Positions 28,006 through 37,256 are shown, counted from the stretch's first letter. The stretch is DNA of 64,000 nucleotides from an uncultured Candidatus Saccharibacteria bacterium (GCA_964444225.1 CAYUFM010000001.1:26216-90215), one strand, 5' to 3'. A program made the numbers and translations. The notes: generated by a model not told the origin, from the sequence alone.

Positions 28006-28081
28006 GGGGGTGTAGCTCAGTGGTTAGAGCAGTCGGCTCATAACCGATTGGTCCCTGGTTCAAGTCCAGGCACCCCCACCA
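28006..28081 (+). tRNA. tRNA (CAU), most similar to tRNA-Ile2 (lysidine-modified) and therefore the likely TilS substrate
   Basis: GGGGGTG-TA-GCTC-AGTGGTTA-GAGC-A-GTCGG-CTCATAA-CCGAT-TGGTC-CCTGG-TTCAAGT-CCAGG-CACCCCC-A-CCA. Near-identical to E. coli tRNA-Ile2 across the D-arm, variable loop and T-arm. Confidence 0.7.
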
Positions 28082-28148
28082 AAAATTAGTAAACAAATAT
28101 CCTTTTAAGCTATAGTTAGTATAAACATAAGCAAAAAAGGATTTTTTT

Positions 28149-28718
28149 ATGAAAAAAATTAATCAAAAAGGTTTTGGGGCAATTGAAGGCTTGCTAGCAG
28201 TTATTGCCGTATCGTTAGTTTTTGGTATTGGGTTTTATGTTGTGAACTCCAACAAAGATAATAAAAAGACTGAAACAACCAATTCAGTCCCTCAAAAATC
28301 TGATGAAAAACTAACCGAGCAACCAAAGATTGAATATATTGAACTTAAGGACCTAGGTGTAAAAATTGAAAAGAACAAAGTAACTGATAAATTTACATTT
28401 ACCCTAATTGCAACAGGCGTTAGTGTAACTTCAAATGAATTAAAAATGCTTGAAGATAAAAACTGCTCTGTTGAGGCAGGTGGAGTAGGCGCTGTTAATT
28501 CGTTAGTAAAAGTTACGGGGACATTTAACCAAGAGGCCAACCCCTTCTCCAGCCTTGTCAAACAATTCTCTAATTTTTTTATTATTAGCAATGGTACCGC
28601 CAATGGCTTTGCCTGCACAGCAGAGTCTGAAGCTTTAGTTAAAGAAGTAAGCGATAAAAGAACAAGTCTTGCATCTGAGCTACAACAAGAATTAAAGAAA
28701 ACTTCGATTATTGAGTAG
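28149..28718 (+). CDS. type IV pilin-like protein
   Basis: Class III signal peptide: KG|FGAIEGLLAVIAVSLVF, with Glu at +5 of the predicted mature N-terminus and a hydrophobic helix. Confidence 0.6.
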   Translation: MKKINQKGFGAIEGLLAVIAVSLVFGIGFYVVNSNKDNKKTETTNSVPQKSDEKLTEQPKIEYIELKDLGVKIEKNKVTDKFTFTLIATGVSVTSNELKMLEDKNCSVEAGGVGAVNSLVKVTGTFNQEANPFSSLVKQFSNFFIISNGTANGFACTAESEALVKEVSDKRTSLASELQQELKKTSIIE

Positions 28719-28719
28719 A

Positions 28720-29277
28720 TTATCTGGAGGTCTTGAGAGTTTGGGCCCACCAGAGTAGGGATTCTGATAGTTTTTCAGCGTTACCACGGACGTTTTCGGG
28801 CTTAACATTACCAGAATCGTCTAACGCGGCCCAGACATCAATCACATTGATAGCCACAGAAGGTAATGGCACCATATTTAGCTGAGCCGTTACCTGAACT
28901 AATTGTTCTATAGCCCTTGCACCGCCCAATGCGCCATAGCCTACAAAGGCAACTGGCTTTTTAGCCCACTCTGCATAGATGGTATCGATCGCATTTTTAA
29001 GCGCCGCGGTATAGCCATGGTTGTACTCGGCGGTTACAAAAATATAACCGTCGAATTCTGAAATCTTCGCAGACCATTTCTTGGTAATTTCGTTTTTATA
29101 ATCTCCCATAGCTGGAAGATTAGGTTCATTGAGTAGTGGCAAGTTCCACTCTTTAAGATCGATAATTTCATACTCTACATCTGTAGATTTAGGCATCTGA
29201 CCTACTGCCCATTTAGCAATACTATTGCCAACACGAACATCACGTACACTCCCAATAATTACTCCAATTTTAACCAT
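28720..29277 (-). CDS. NAD(P)H-dependent FMN reductase / quinone reductase family
   Basis: Flavodoxin-like fold: KIGVIIGSVR...YIFVTAEYNHGYTAALKNAID. Good SD (AGGAG). Confidence 0.8.
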   Translation of the reverse strand: MVKIGVIIGSVRDVRVGNSIAKWAVGQMPKSTDVEYEIIDLKEWNLPLLNEPNLPAMGDYKNEITKKWSAKISEFDGYIFVTAEYNHGYTAALKNAIDTIYAEWAKKPVAFVGYGALGGARAIEQLVQVTAQLNMVPLPSVAINVIDVWAALDDSGNVKPENVRGNAEKLSESLLWWAQTLKTSR

Positions 29278-29309
29278 TTTTATCTCCTTATGATTTAGTT
29301 ATTTTTGAT

Positions 29310-29332
29310 GTCACTATACAATGTATAGTGAC
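29310..29332. promoter_or_regulatory. 23-bp perfect palindrome GTCACTATACA-A-TGTATAGTGAC (putative HxlR-type operator, copy 2)
   Basis: Lies in the divergent intergenic region between the FMN reductase gene and the HxlR-family regulator gene, about 33 nt upstream of the reductase start. Confidence 0.55.
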
Positions 29333-29400
29333 TCTGAATATTAGTATACTAGCAGTCAGTATATAAAGTAAAGTGACTTTGTGATAAAATTGAAATAATT

Positions 29401-29739
29401 ATGAAAAGTACTACTGTAAATCCAATCGTAAACAAAGTAGAGGAAAAGCCTGGTTGCATCCAGGCGGCCCTAGCAATTTTAGGTGACAAATGGTCCCCCC
29501 TTTTACTAGGTAACCTCGTAGAAGAGAGCAAAACCTTCGGTGACTTAAGTGGCGCACTACCAGGCATCAGTCCACGAACACTTAGTGCTCGGCTAGACGG
29601 TCTAGAGGCTTGCGGTATTATTGCCAAAAAAATGTATTGCCAGCATCCCCCACGCTATAAATATGAACTTACAAAAAAAGGCAAAGACTTAAGAGACATC
29701 CTTACCCAGATGGCCACCTGGGGCCAAAAATACAGCTAA
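29401..29739 (+). CDS. HxlR-family (MarR/DUF24-type) transcriptional regulator with N-terminal Cys
   Basis: C..AL.ILGDKWSPLLLGNL...FGDL...ISPRTLSARLDGLEACGII...YELTKKG matches the HxlR winged-helix pattern. Cys at position 19 is analogous to the redox-sensing Cys of YodB-type regulators. Confidence 0.8.
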   Translation: MKSTTVNPIVNKVEEKPGCIQAALAILGDKWSPLLLGNLVEESKTFGDLSGALPGISPRTLSARLDGLEACGIIAKKMYCQHPPRYKYELTKKGKDLRDILTQMATWGQKYS

Positions 29740-30272
29740 TCCGCTTTTCTTCGTCGAGACTTTATGCGATCAAGTGATTCTAGGCATTGTTGACCTGGAT
29801 CTTGTCTCAATATTATCTCAAACTTTTTTCGCTCTTTGGAGTCTGCAAGATTATCAGGACCCACAAATTTTCCAAACCGCCCTCGCAAGGCGCACTCACC
29901 CGCAAAAGGACACACCCTGCAGGCTTTCTCAAAATTGGTTCGTGATATATCTAAGTTAAGTATGTGTCGCTCCTGCACACCAGCGACTCCTTTTACATAC
30001 CCATTCTCTACCGCATCTAATGCAGCATGAGATGCCTGTGCCCTAGCTATGCCTGCCCCTTTTTGACTCCTGTTAAAGAAGTGGAGAGACTCACTTAGGT
30101 GCCTATTCCTGTCTCTTAAAGACGCTTCTTGATCAATAGGAGGAAGATGATCGACAGGATCTTCCGTAGCAGTGTGTGGCCTGATTGGATTGCAATCACC
30201 GAATCCACCTACGATTAAAAGCATTTGGCCTTCTATGCCTGGGTTAGAGGCTGATCGTCGACTTGTTGTCAT
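29736..30272 (-). CDS. hypothetical Cys-containing protein (178 aa), co-transcribed with dus
   Basis: ORF 18 nt downstream of dus; C-terminal CRVCPFAGEC cluster. No confident family assignment. Confidence 0.4.
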   Translation of the reverse strand: MTTSRRSASNPGIEGQMLLIVGGFGDCNPIRPHTATEDPVDHLPPIDQEASLRDRNRHLSESLHFFNRSQKGAGIARAQASHAALDAVENGYVKGVAGVQERHILNLDISRTNFEKACRVCPFAGECALRGRFGKFVGPDNLADSKERKKFEIILRQDPGQQCLESLDRIKSRRRKAD

Positions 30273-30289
30273 GGATATATTATAGCATA

Positions 30290-31249
30290 CTAATTATGGT
30301 TTTGCAAGATATTCAGTGATTCTTCGACTGACTTGGCTTCCATTAGTTTGACTCGCAACTCCCCCGCCCCAGCGAAATTGTTAATGTATATTTTGCAAAA
30401 TTTTTTGATTGTATCAAAACTTCTCTCACGCCCTGGATAAGTTTGCTGAAAAAGCCGTAAATGCCTGATGTATAGCTGGATCTTTTCATCTGGAGAAAGT
30501 TCAGCCCATGGGCTTTTTGGTGCAAACACGTAAGGATCATGAAAGACACCACGCGCAATCATTATGCCGTCATAACAATATTTTTTTGCTAGCTCCTCCG
30601 CCTGGATTCGACTCAGAACATCACCGTTGCCAACTAGCAGAGTCTTGGGCGAAATTTCGTCTCTAAGAATCCTGATTTTTTCAGCAAATTCGCTCCAGCG
30701 AGCCGGAACTTTAGACATTTCCTTAACAGTACGGAAGTGTACAGTCAGCATATCCAAGTTTTGACTTAGTAAAAATTTAATCCACTCTTCATCGAACTCT
30801 TTAAGCCCTATCCGCGTTTTGACACTGATCGGCATTTTACCATCCAGACCTTCTTTTGTGGCCTGGATAATTTCACGGGCACCATCAGGGTATTTGATCA
30901 TTCCACCACCGGCGCCATTACGTACGACCTTCTTGTCTGGACAGCCAAAGTTAAGATCCACCCCAGCGAAGCCCATTTCTGCAAGCTCAGACGCCACTTT
31001 TTGAAAGTTATCAGGATTTTTGCCCCAAATTTGGGCAATAATCGGCCTTTCTGTATCTGCAAAAACAAACCTCCGCATTGCAGATTCGCGACCAGGCGAA
31101 CAAAGTGCTTCTACGTTAACAAACTCTGTAAAAAACAGGTCCGGAGGTACGCAACTAGCAACAATCTGCCGAAAAACAGTTTCGGTCACATCATCCATTG
31201 GTGCCAGCACCATAAATGGCTTAGGTAGATCTAGTAAAATATTTTTCAT
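30290..31249 (-). CDS. dus: tRNA-dihydrouridine synthase
   Basis: TIM-barrel Dus motifs: VLAPMDDVTE, DLNFGCP, catalytic region VKTRIG. Confidence 0.85.
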   Translation of the reverse strand: MKNILLDLPKPFMVLAPMDDVTETVFRQIVASCVPPDLFFTEFVNVEALCSPGRESAMRRFVFADTERPIIAQIWGKNPDNFQKVASELAEMGFAGVDLNFGCPDKKVVRNGAGGGMIKYPDGAREIIQATKEGLDGKMPISVKTRIGLKEFDEEWIKFLLSQNLDMLTVHFRTVKEMSKVPARWSEFAEKIRILRDEISPKTLLVGNGDVLSRIQAEELAKKYCYDGIMIARGVFHDPYVFAPKSPWAELSPDEKIQLYIRHLRLFQQTYPGRERSFDTIKKFCKIYINNFAGAGELRVKLMEAKSVEESLNILQNHN

Positions 31250-31394
31250 AATTTAATTGTGATTATAACTGAAAGTTTGTTTTTCTAGATCGTAAGAGTA
31301 CTGCGAGCGCAGGCCAATAATAGGTACTTGGCAAAGCGCTCTGTAGAGATAGAAAAACGAAGTTTCGGTTATAATCTTCCTTTCATAAATAAAA

Positions 31395-31431
31395 AGTGCC
31401 TGGAGCTCTATTGAAACCCCAGGCACTTTTT
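31395..31431. terminator. bidirectional rho-independent terminator
   Basis: AGTGCCTGG-loop-CCAGGCACT with A-run upstream and T-run downstream. Confidence 0.55.
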
Positions 31432-31446
31432 GAATTTCTGTTTGAA

Positions 31447-31647
31447 TTATTTGTCGCGCTTGACTGTCAAGAAACCATTGCGTGGGTTCTCGTTAACACT
31501 CATGCCTTTTGGTAGGTCAGTAGCTGTGTCTTTGCGATCGTCCTTACTAAAGTAATAAATTGTCTGCTCTTTGCCACCGCGCAAAACAACTGCCTTTGAG
31601 TTTAGGTAGTATTTTACACCCTTACTGTTTGTGTGATTGTATCCCAT
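31447..31647 (-). CDS. hypothetical protein (66 aa)
   Basis: ORF immediately followed by the terminator above. Confidence 0.35.
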   Translation of the reverse strand: MGYNHTNSKGVKYYLNSKAVVLRGGKEQTIYYFSKDDRKDTATDLPKGMSVNENPRNGFLTVKRDK

Positions 31648-31834
31648 AGCTCTTCGTCTCCCTCTGTTAGATTACTGATGGTATTCCTACGATACACCTC
31701 CGCGTTTTCTCTTGTCAACCCTTTAGTAAAGAAAACTGTAGTTTTTTGAGTAACCCAGAACCCCTTGCGCCATATTACGGTTATGTATTACACTTATGGC
31801 TAGTAGATATTTAATAAAAGGTGGAAACTCTATT

Positions 31835-32533
31835 ATGGATTTTATGAACCGCGGCTTTAGAAACGGCCAAAATACAACAAATAATATGGACCAACCAGCT
31901 CCTGTGCAGACTGTACACGCCAATAATAGCGACAAAAAATTTGGCCGTCGCAAGAACTCAAGTAACTCTAAGTTTAGCCTAAAGCAAGCTGGCGGGTTAA
32001 CCTTCCTTTTGGCTCTAGTCGTAATTGTTGCTGGTGTTGTCTTTGCAATGATCAACTTCAAAGGATCTAATCCAGAATCAAAATTAGTAGACACCTCTAA
32101 GTATCAGGCTGTTTTCCTAAATGGCGGACAAGTCTACTTCGGCAACATTAAAGATTTGAACTCAAAATACCTAAGACTAAACAACATTTATTACCTAAGA
32201 GTAAACCAGCAAGTTCAACCTGACGGTAATGCAGCACAAAATCCTAACGATGTTTCGTTAGTAAAATTGGGTTGCGAGCTTCATGGTCCAGAAGACGCAA
32301 TGGTTATAAATCGTGAACAAGTCGTATTTTGGGAAAACCTAAAGAATGATGGTCAAGTACTCAAGGCTATGGATGAATACAGAAAACAATTCCCTAACGG
32401 AGAAGATTGCACCAAGCAAAGTAGCACTAATTCTAGCTCAAACTCAGAATCTAGTTCAAACAACACTTCAACCAACTCGACTACACCTACTACAAACTCA
32501 ACCACTCCAACAACAACCAACACAACACGTTAG
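31835..32533 (+). CDS. membrane-anchored protein with Ser/Thr-rich C-terminal tail, hypothetical
   Basis: SD AAAGGTGGA before the internal ATG at about 31835. One TM (LTFLLALVVIVAGVVFAMI). Tail of STNSS/TTPTT repeats. Confidence 0.45.
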   Translation: MDFMNRGFRNGQNTTNNMDQPAPVQTVHANNSDKKFGRRKNSSNSKFSLKQAGGLTFLLALVVIVAGVVFAMINFKGSNPESKLVDTSKYQAVFLNGGQVYFGNIKDLNSKYLRLNNIYYLRVNQQVQPDGNAAQNPNDVSLVKLGCELHGPEDAMVINREQVVFWENLKNDGQVLKAMDEYRKQFPNGEDCTKQSSTNSSSNSESSSNNTSTNSTTPTTNSTTPTTTNTTR

Positions 32534-32550
32534 TCAGAAAGTAATAAAAA

Positions 32551-32575
32551 AGCGCTTATAAATAGCGCTTTTTTA
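32551..32575. terminator. bidirectional terminator hairpin
   Basis: AGCGCT-TATAAAT-AGCGCT followed by TTTTTT, between convergent genes. Confidence 0.45.
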
Positions 32576-33146
32576 TTTGGTTAATCGCAACTCCAACTAA
32601 TGAAACTGCGAGAAACCCAATTGATATTACTAGACTTATACCTGCTAGGTCTGGCGTCCAAGAGGGAGAAACAAAGTCAAACTTATACAAGTCATCAGCT
32701 ACTGCGCTCTCCTTGATAGCGTTTTGGGCAACGTAATTTTGAATACAGGCGACCCTCTCAGGATTAAATCCGCCATTAGGAAATTGAGCACCACAAATGC
32801 GTTCGCCCTCAGCACCAACACCCACATTAAATGATTTAACTCTTTCTGCTTCGGTTGCTTGCAGACGCTCATAGCGGTACTTGAGCTGTATAGGAGGTTT
32901 TATAGCAGAATTGCCACTACTGAGGTTGGTGTTCATGTGTGCATGAACATGACTGCGTAGTTTTTGGAGTGCCACCTCTACGTCGCCATTTTGCTCATCG
33001 GCTATACTGACTTCCGTGCGAAGTTTTGTCATGGTCGAATAATTACTACGGAGTGCTCCAACTGCAATAAATCCAAAAAGAACAGCCAAAAGAAAGGTCA
33101 TAAAGAGTTTATTTTTTACTAAATGTCCAGGGTTTATCTTTTCCAT
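32556..33146 (-). CDS. membrane protein, hypothetical
   Basis: N- and C-terminal TM helices. 196 aa. Confidence 0.45.
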   Translation of the reverse strand: MEKINPGHLVKNKLFMTFLLAVLFGFIAVGALRSNYSTMTKLRTEVSIADEQNGDVEVALQKLRSHVHAHMNTNLSSGNSAIKPPIQLKYRYERLQATEAERVKSFNVGVGAEGERICGAQFPNGGFNPERVACIQNYVAQNAIKESAVADDLYKFDFVSPSWTPDLAGISLVISIGFLAVSLVGVAINQIKKRYL

Positions 33147-34411
33147 AATCTAAACTTCTTTGAATCTAAAGCTGAATATCGTTCCAGCATCATGAGTAAT
33201 GAGCAGATTGCTCCTATGATAAATAATACTGCAAAAAAAGCTTTACCGCTTTGTAGAAAGTAGGCAATCAATGTAGAACACCCAAAAAAGATCATCCTCG
33301 ACATACTACTAAACACTTCCATTATGCTGATGTAGACAATCCTGTGCCCAGGGTAGCTGTCGGCAGCATCATACATGCCTTTAAAGGTAGACATGCGATA
33401 GCCCGGAGTTATAACTTCATTCGCCAAATTGATCCCGAGTGCAGGTACAAAACCGTTGGTGAAAACCCGGAATAGATGTAAAAATGCATTTGAAACTGCA
33501 GAAAATCGCAATAAATTACGTCCCTGCCTGCTGTCAATTAGTTTACCGTAGACTCTAGCTACTATTAATGAAATCACTATGGATATTGACATTATTCCAC
33601 CAAGTTTTAAGTAAGCATTATCCATAAATACAAAAACTCCGAGGAATAACGGCCAGATTATCATAGACACCGCAACTTCCACAGTAAAGAAGCTGTATGA
33701 GGTGATGTCTCTTTTAATCTTTCTCAGGCTAAAGTCGTGATAGCTAAGTTTTTGGTTAAGTCTAGTTGGCTCTTTGGTTAAGAATAGTGGTATAACGGCT
33801 AGTAACAATGCAATAATCGCCGCCACAAAAATATACTTTGGGTCTAGAATAAATGCCAATAACCCACCAATAATCGGACCTAGCACCGCGCCTAGGCGCT
33901 CACCCAAATATGCTAAACCCAGCTCACTCCCACCAGATTTTCGATGTTTTACCTTAGAAAAATCTATATGAAAAGCTGTAAAAAAACTTATATTAGCTAT
34001 GCCCAGTAACCCTGCAATAAACAAAAACAAAATAGAGTTAGCACTTAATATAACTAAGCCCCCCATGACTACTATCTGCAAAATATAACTGATCAAAATA
34101 GTATGTTTTGGGCCAATTTTTGCGACCATTTTGGCAGCCGGAATAGCATATAAATACTGCACACCAAAGGTAACAAAATAAAATAATAAAATCTGCCATA
34201 TCTTGTAGTCTAGATGGTACAGAAATATTGGAATAAAAATCCCAGACATACTCATAGCCAGACTGCGTAACATCATGCTGACATACAGCTCGCTAAGTTC
34301 ATTAAAAGTCATCCTCTTGAAAGGATGAGATTTTAGGCCAAAAGTATTTAAAATTGAGTCAAGATTCATTTTTGTTTTTATAAAAAGTATTATTAACTTA
34401 TTATACCCCAA
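33134..34411 (-). CDS. MFS-like polytopic transporter
   Basis: 425 aa with about 12 TM helices. Confidence 0.5.
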   Translation of the reverse strand: MGYNKLIILFIKTKMNLDSILNTFGLKSHPFKRMTFNELSELYVSMMLRSLAMSMSGIFIPIFLYHLDYKIWQILLFYFVTFGVQYLYAIPAAKMVAKIGPKHTILISYILQIVVMGGLVILSANSILFLFIAGLLGIANISFFTAFHIDFSKVKHRKSGGSELGLAYLGERLGAVLGPIIGGLLAFILDPKYIFVAAIIALLLAVIPLFLTKEPTRLNQKLSYHDFSLRKIKRDITSYSFFTVEVAVSMIIWPLFLGVFVFMDNAYLKLGGIMSISIVISLIVARVYGKLIDSRQGRNLLRFSAVSNAFLHLFRVFTNGFVPALGINLANEVITPGYRMSTFKGMYDAADSYPGHRIVYISIMEVFSSMSRMIFFGCSTLIAYFLQSGKAFFAVLFIIGAICSLLMMLERYSALDSKKFRLWKR

Positions 34412-34539
34412 TTGGTTTTGATTTTTTTGAATAACCCAGTTTAAATATCTGGCGCAAATATGTAAGCAGTCAAATCACGTCAATTGTTAAGCATTGTGAT
34501 TAATTAAAGCAGATTTAGAAGAAAACCTAATAATGCAGC

Positions 34540-35451
34540 CTACGAAACTGCAGTATGAACACCAAGATAGTTGCTCCGATAACTAACATCCATCATATTT
34601 ATACCCACTTTACCATTTTTATGGGCCCAGAGACCAATAGCAGCATTCCTAAGCTCATCATTGTATGTTCCGTCTAACCAAGACCAGGTTCGTTGGTCGA
34701 TTGGAGGTTGGTAGTCTTGCAGTAGGCTAGCTTGGAGACTTAGGTACTCTGGGATGGTGGTGTACTTCTCTCCTGCCCGTATGTATTGATCATGACTAAC
34801 GCCTAGGTTCTGAGGTGTATCCGTAGCTGAGATAAGCCTTAGAGTCCATAGATTTGTTGGGTGGCTAGCGTTTGAGATTGGGGCTTCAATGGTTGGGGTA
34901 GCGTCAGGTATCTGCATGCCTAGCTCTATCCAGTTGTTAGTTATTTCTGGTTTTATATATAGACCACCATCCCTAATCCTCTTGTCTTCTTCTTTGCCAC
35001 TGGCTGGAATTGGATTAACAATTGGGTCGTCTTCAAGCTTCTTGTAGAGTTCTTTCCAGTGATCTACGGTTAAACCATAGGGTGCTAGGACTAGTCTTGG
35101 CTCTAGACCTTCTGTCTTCATGTGTTGGTATTCATGACCTAGGTATACAAAGTCTATACCTGAGTTAACTATTGTATCAACATCAGGGGGAGTTATACCT
35201 ATCCGAGCGAATAATCGTTCTGTACTAGACAGGAAGTGCTCAAAGCTTTGTCTAGTTTCTGAGCCTGGGATCATGTCTAGAGATACAGACCCTGGAACTG
35301 GAGCTGGAGCTAGGGCATTGGCATCACTGCCCAGACTTTCGGCCTGGGCTAGTTTATCGGCAGATGATAATCCTAAGTTACCTAGTGTAGCTTTAACCAT
35401 ACCTGGAGTTAGCAGATCTGGGTTGGTTTTGCGGAGGGCTTCGAGGGACAT
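34540..35451 (-). CDS. hypothetical protein, paralog A (303 aa), distal gene of the vWA operon
   Basis: Start is 2 nt after the stop of the vWA gene. The first 164 codons are identical to the gene at 38718..39626. C-terminal 35 aa are unique. Confidence 0.6.
   Translation of the reverse strand: MSLEALRKTNPDLLTPGMVKATLGNLGLSSADKLAQAESLGSDANALAPAPVPGSVSLDMIPGSETRQSFEHFLSSTERLFARIGITPPDVDTIVNSGIDFVYLGHEYQHMKTEGLEPRLVLAPYGLTVDHWKELYKKLEDDPIVNPIPASGKEEDKRIRDGGLYIKPEITNNWIELGMQIPDATPTIEAPISNASHPTNLWTLRLISATDTPQNLGVSHDQYIRAGEKYTTIPEYLSLQASLLQDYQPPIDQRTWSWLDGTYNDELRNAAIGLWAHKNGKVGINMMDVSYRSNYLGVHTAVS
34960..35451 (-). repeat. inverted repeat arm A (492 bp, 1 mismatch to arm B)
   Basis: Reverse complement equals 38718..39209 except one synonymous C/T. 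Checked block by block across the whole arm. Confidence 0.9.
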
Positions 35452-35453
35452 GC

Positions 35454-37223
35454 CTATATGTACCTTCCAGTATAATTAGCTAAAACTTCTAACAGTGCCA
35501 CAGGCAGAACAGAGGGGTCAGACATTGTCCTCATATTTGGGGTAACTGACCTATAACCACCAATATTAAATTGGCCAACATAAGTATTTTTTGGGAATGA
35601 ATTAACAGTTGCTTGCGCCTGATAGTGATCATGAAAATCGCCGTCAGTAATTATCAAAATTATATTGTCTCGTCCAGAGTCGGCGGGACCGCCGCAACTT
35701 AAAAGGGCATCATTTACAAATGTTGCACTACTGGTAGGGTTCGATAAATTTGTAAATGTAGCCCCTTTCTCAGCAGGCGTAGGTTGATAACTAACAGCAG
35801 AAAGTTCTAAGGCATCAGAGCCAAAGGCTACAATATGCGTCCTAACATCTGGATTAGACACGCCAGTGTCTTTGGCGACTTGGGCTCGGGCCAGCTGGAG
35901 GCCTTCTAGCAGGCACAACGCTGTCGTTGCAGCTGACTGTGCTTTATTGCCGCTTCCCATCGACCCACTAACATCGACTAATAGATGAATATCTAGTCCA
36001 CTAAATGTCAGTTTTTCAGTTTTGTCAGACCTGGTAATCGATCGCCAAACTGCTTGTTGATCACCAGTTAATTTTTGCGTCACCAAACCCGTAACCGCAG
36101 TACTGTGTAAGATTGGTCCGTCATTAGTAGGTTTACGGCCATAAGTTAGTCGATGGTTTAAGAATGCTGGCTTTGTTAAAGTTTTTAACACTTCAGCAAT
36201 ACTTTTTATTATATGAGCGTGTTGCAAACTTGCTCTAGTGTAGGCCTCTGCATCGCCAGGTAGTAACCCCATTTCTTTGGCTATTTTTTCCGCCAGTTCG
36301 TTGAATTGTTCGCGCGACAAGCCATCTTCGGTTTTTTTGGTGTCTACCGTGTCAACCGGTTCTGTATCTTCAGTTTTTTCCGATGTATCTTTTTCGTCTT
36401 CTTTGCCATCAAAGATCTTCAATATTCTTTTACCTAATCCCTCTAATCTACCGGCTTCTGTTTTTGGCCCACCAGGTAGCTTATCTACTTGCCTAACTTC
36501 AATTTGTTCTTCGGTATACTCTTCAATTATTTCTTCAAGGCGCTCACCTTGCCCGGATTCTTTATCTTGTTCGACCAATTTATCGTACGCTGGTTTTATA
36601 TAACGATTAGCAATATTTCTACGATTGATTAGATCGGTTCTAGGATCAGTTAGAGTTTCTATAATATCAAATTTATCACCCGTTTTTGTAGTGTAGTTTT
36701 TGAGGTTGTCGATTATACCGTTAACTTCGGGGTGTAGCTCCAAGCTTTCACCTGTTACCTCACCGATTCTTATGCCCCACATTAACTGAGCAGATAAAGG
36801 CATCTCCGCAATTTTTTTAGCTTCTGGCATAACATCACCATATAGATCCATGACATCCTGCTTGATCCCAGGTAACCTGCATAATCGACTATCTATAACT
36901 ACATCATCAGCTAAGCAATAAAAAAAATGATCGGTTGGTGATCTTTTGGCCAACACATCTTCAGGACTTGCAATCATATCTATCGCATGACCAACTTCGT
37001 GTAATGACACCACAAGTGCTCTTTCCTCTGATACATCGCCTGTTGTTTTATCGGCAATTTGTTGGGGATCAATATTAATTCTTATTCCAGTCGGCTCGGC
37101 AATACAATATGAACCATTGTCACTAGATTCGGTTGTTGCTGTCATGCCACGCATCCCATAAACAGCCGATGCTAAAGTAGCTAGATCAGCTATTTCTTGA
37201 TGGGGCTGAGTATGTTCACTCAT
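35454..37223 (-). CDS. vWA-domain protein with N-terminal HExxH zincin-like metallopeptidase motif
   Basis: HEVGHAIDM in the N-terminal third. MIDAS DVSGSMGSGNK (DxSxS) in the C-terminal vWA. The likely start is MSEHTQ at 37223, not the ORF start at 37295. Confidence 0.75.
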   Translation of the reverse strand: MSEHTQPHQEIADLATLASAVYGMRGMTATTESSDNGSYCIAEPTGIRINIDPQQIADKTTGDVSEERALVVSLHEVGHAIDMIASPEDVLAKRSPTDHFFYCLADDVVIDSRLCRLPGIKQDVMDLYGDVMPEAKKIAEMPLSAQLMWGIRIGEVTGESLELHPEVNGIIDNLKNYTTKTGDKFDIIETLTDPRTDLINRRNIANRYIKPAYDKLVEQDKESGQGERLEEIIEEYTEEQIEVRQVDKLPGGPKTEAGRLEGLGKRILKIFDGKEDEKDTSEKTEDTEPVDTVDTKKTEDGLSREQFNELAEKIAKEMGLLPGDAEAYTRASLQHAHIIKSIAEVLKTLTKPAFLNHRLTYGRKPTNDGPILHSTAVTGLVTQKLTGDQQAVWRSITRSDKTEKLTFSGLDIHLLVDVSGSMGSGNKAQSAATTALCLLEGLQLARAQVAKDTGVSNPDVRTHIVAFGSDALELSAVSYQPTPAEKGATFTNLSNPTSSATFVNDALLSCGGPADSGRDNIILIITDGDFHDHYQAQATVNSFPKNTYVGQFNIGGYRSVTPNMRTMSDPSVLPVALLEVLANYTGRYI

Positions 37224-37227
37224 AATA

Positions 37228-37256
37228 TTGACAATATTAACATAAAATGCTACAAT
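37228..37256 (+). promoter_or_regulatory. sigma70 consensus promoter TTGACA-N17-TACAAT driving the AAA gene. The -35 is embedded in the palindrome AATATTGACAATATT.
   Basis: Perfect -35 and -10 with 17-nt spacing. The ATG at 37265 lies about 8 nt past the -10, so the mRNA could be leaderless. The 15-bp palindrome spans 37224-37238. Confidence 0.45.

Noticed and set aside
31723-32094. 123-aa minus-strand ORF
   Set aside because: It overlaps the better supported plus-strand gene (SD-preceded start at 31835, TM plus S/T-rich tail) and has no features of its own.
35273-35479. 68-aa ORF and its twin at 38642..38896, which share an identical peptide (MSRDTDPGTGAGARALASL...)
   Set aside because: Both are antisense readings of the 492-bp inverted repeat inside the paralog A and B genes. 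The identity is a by-product of the repeat, not an independent gene.
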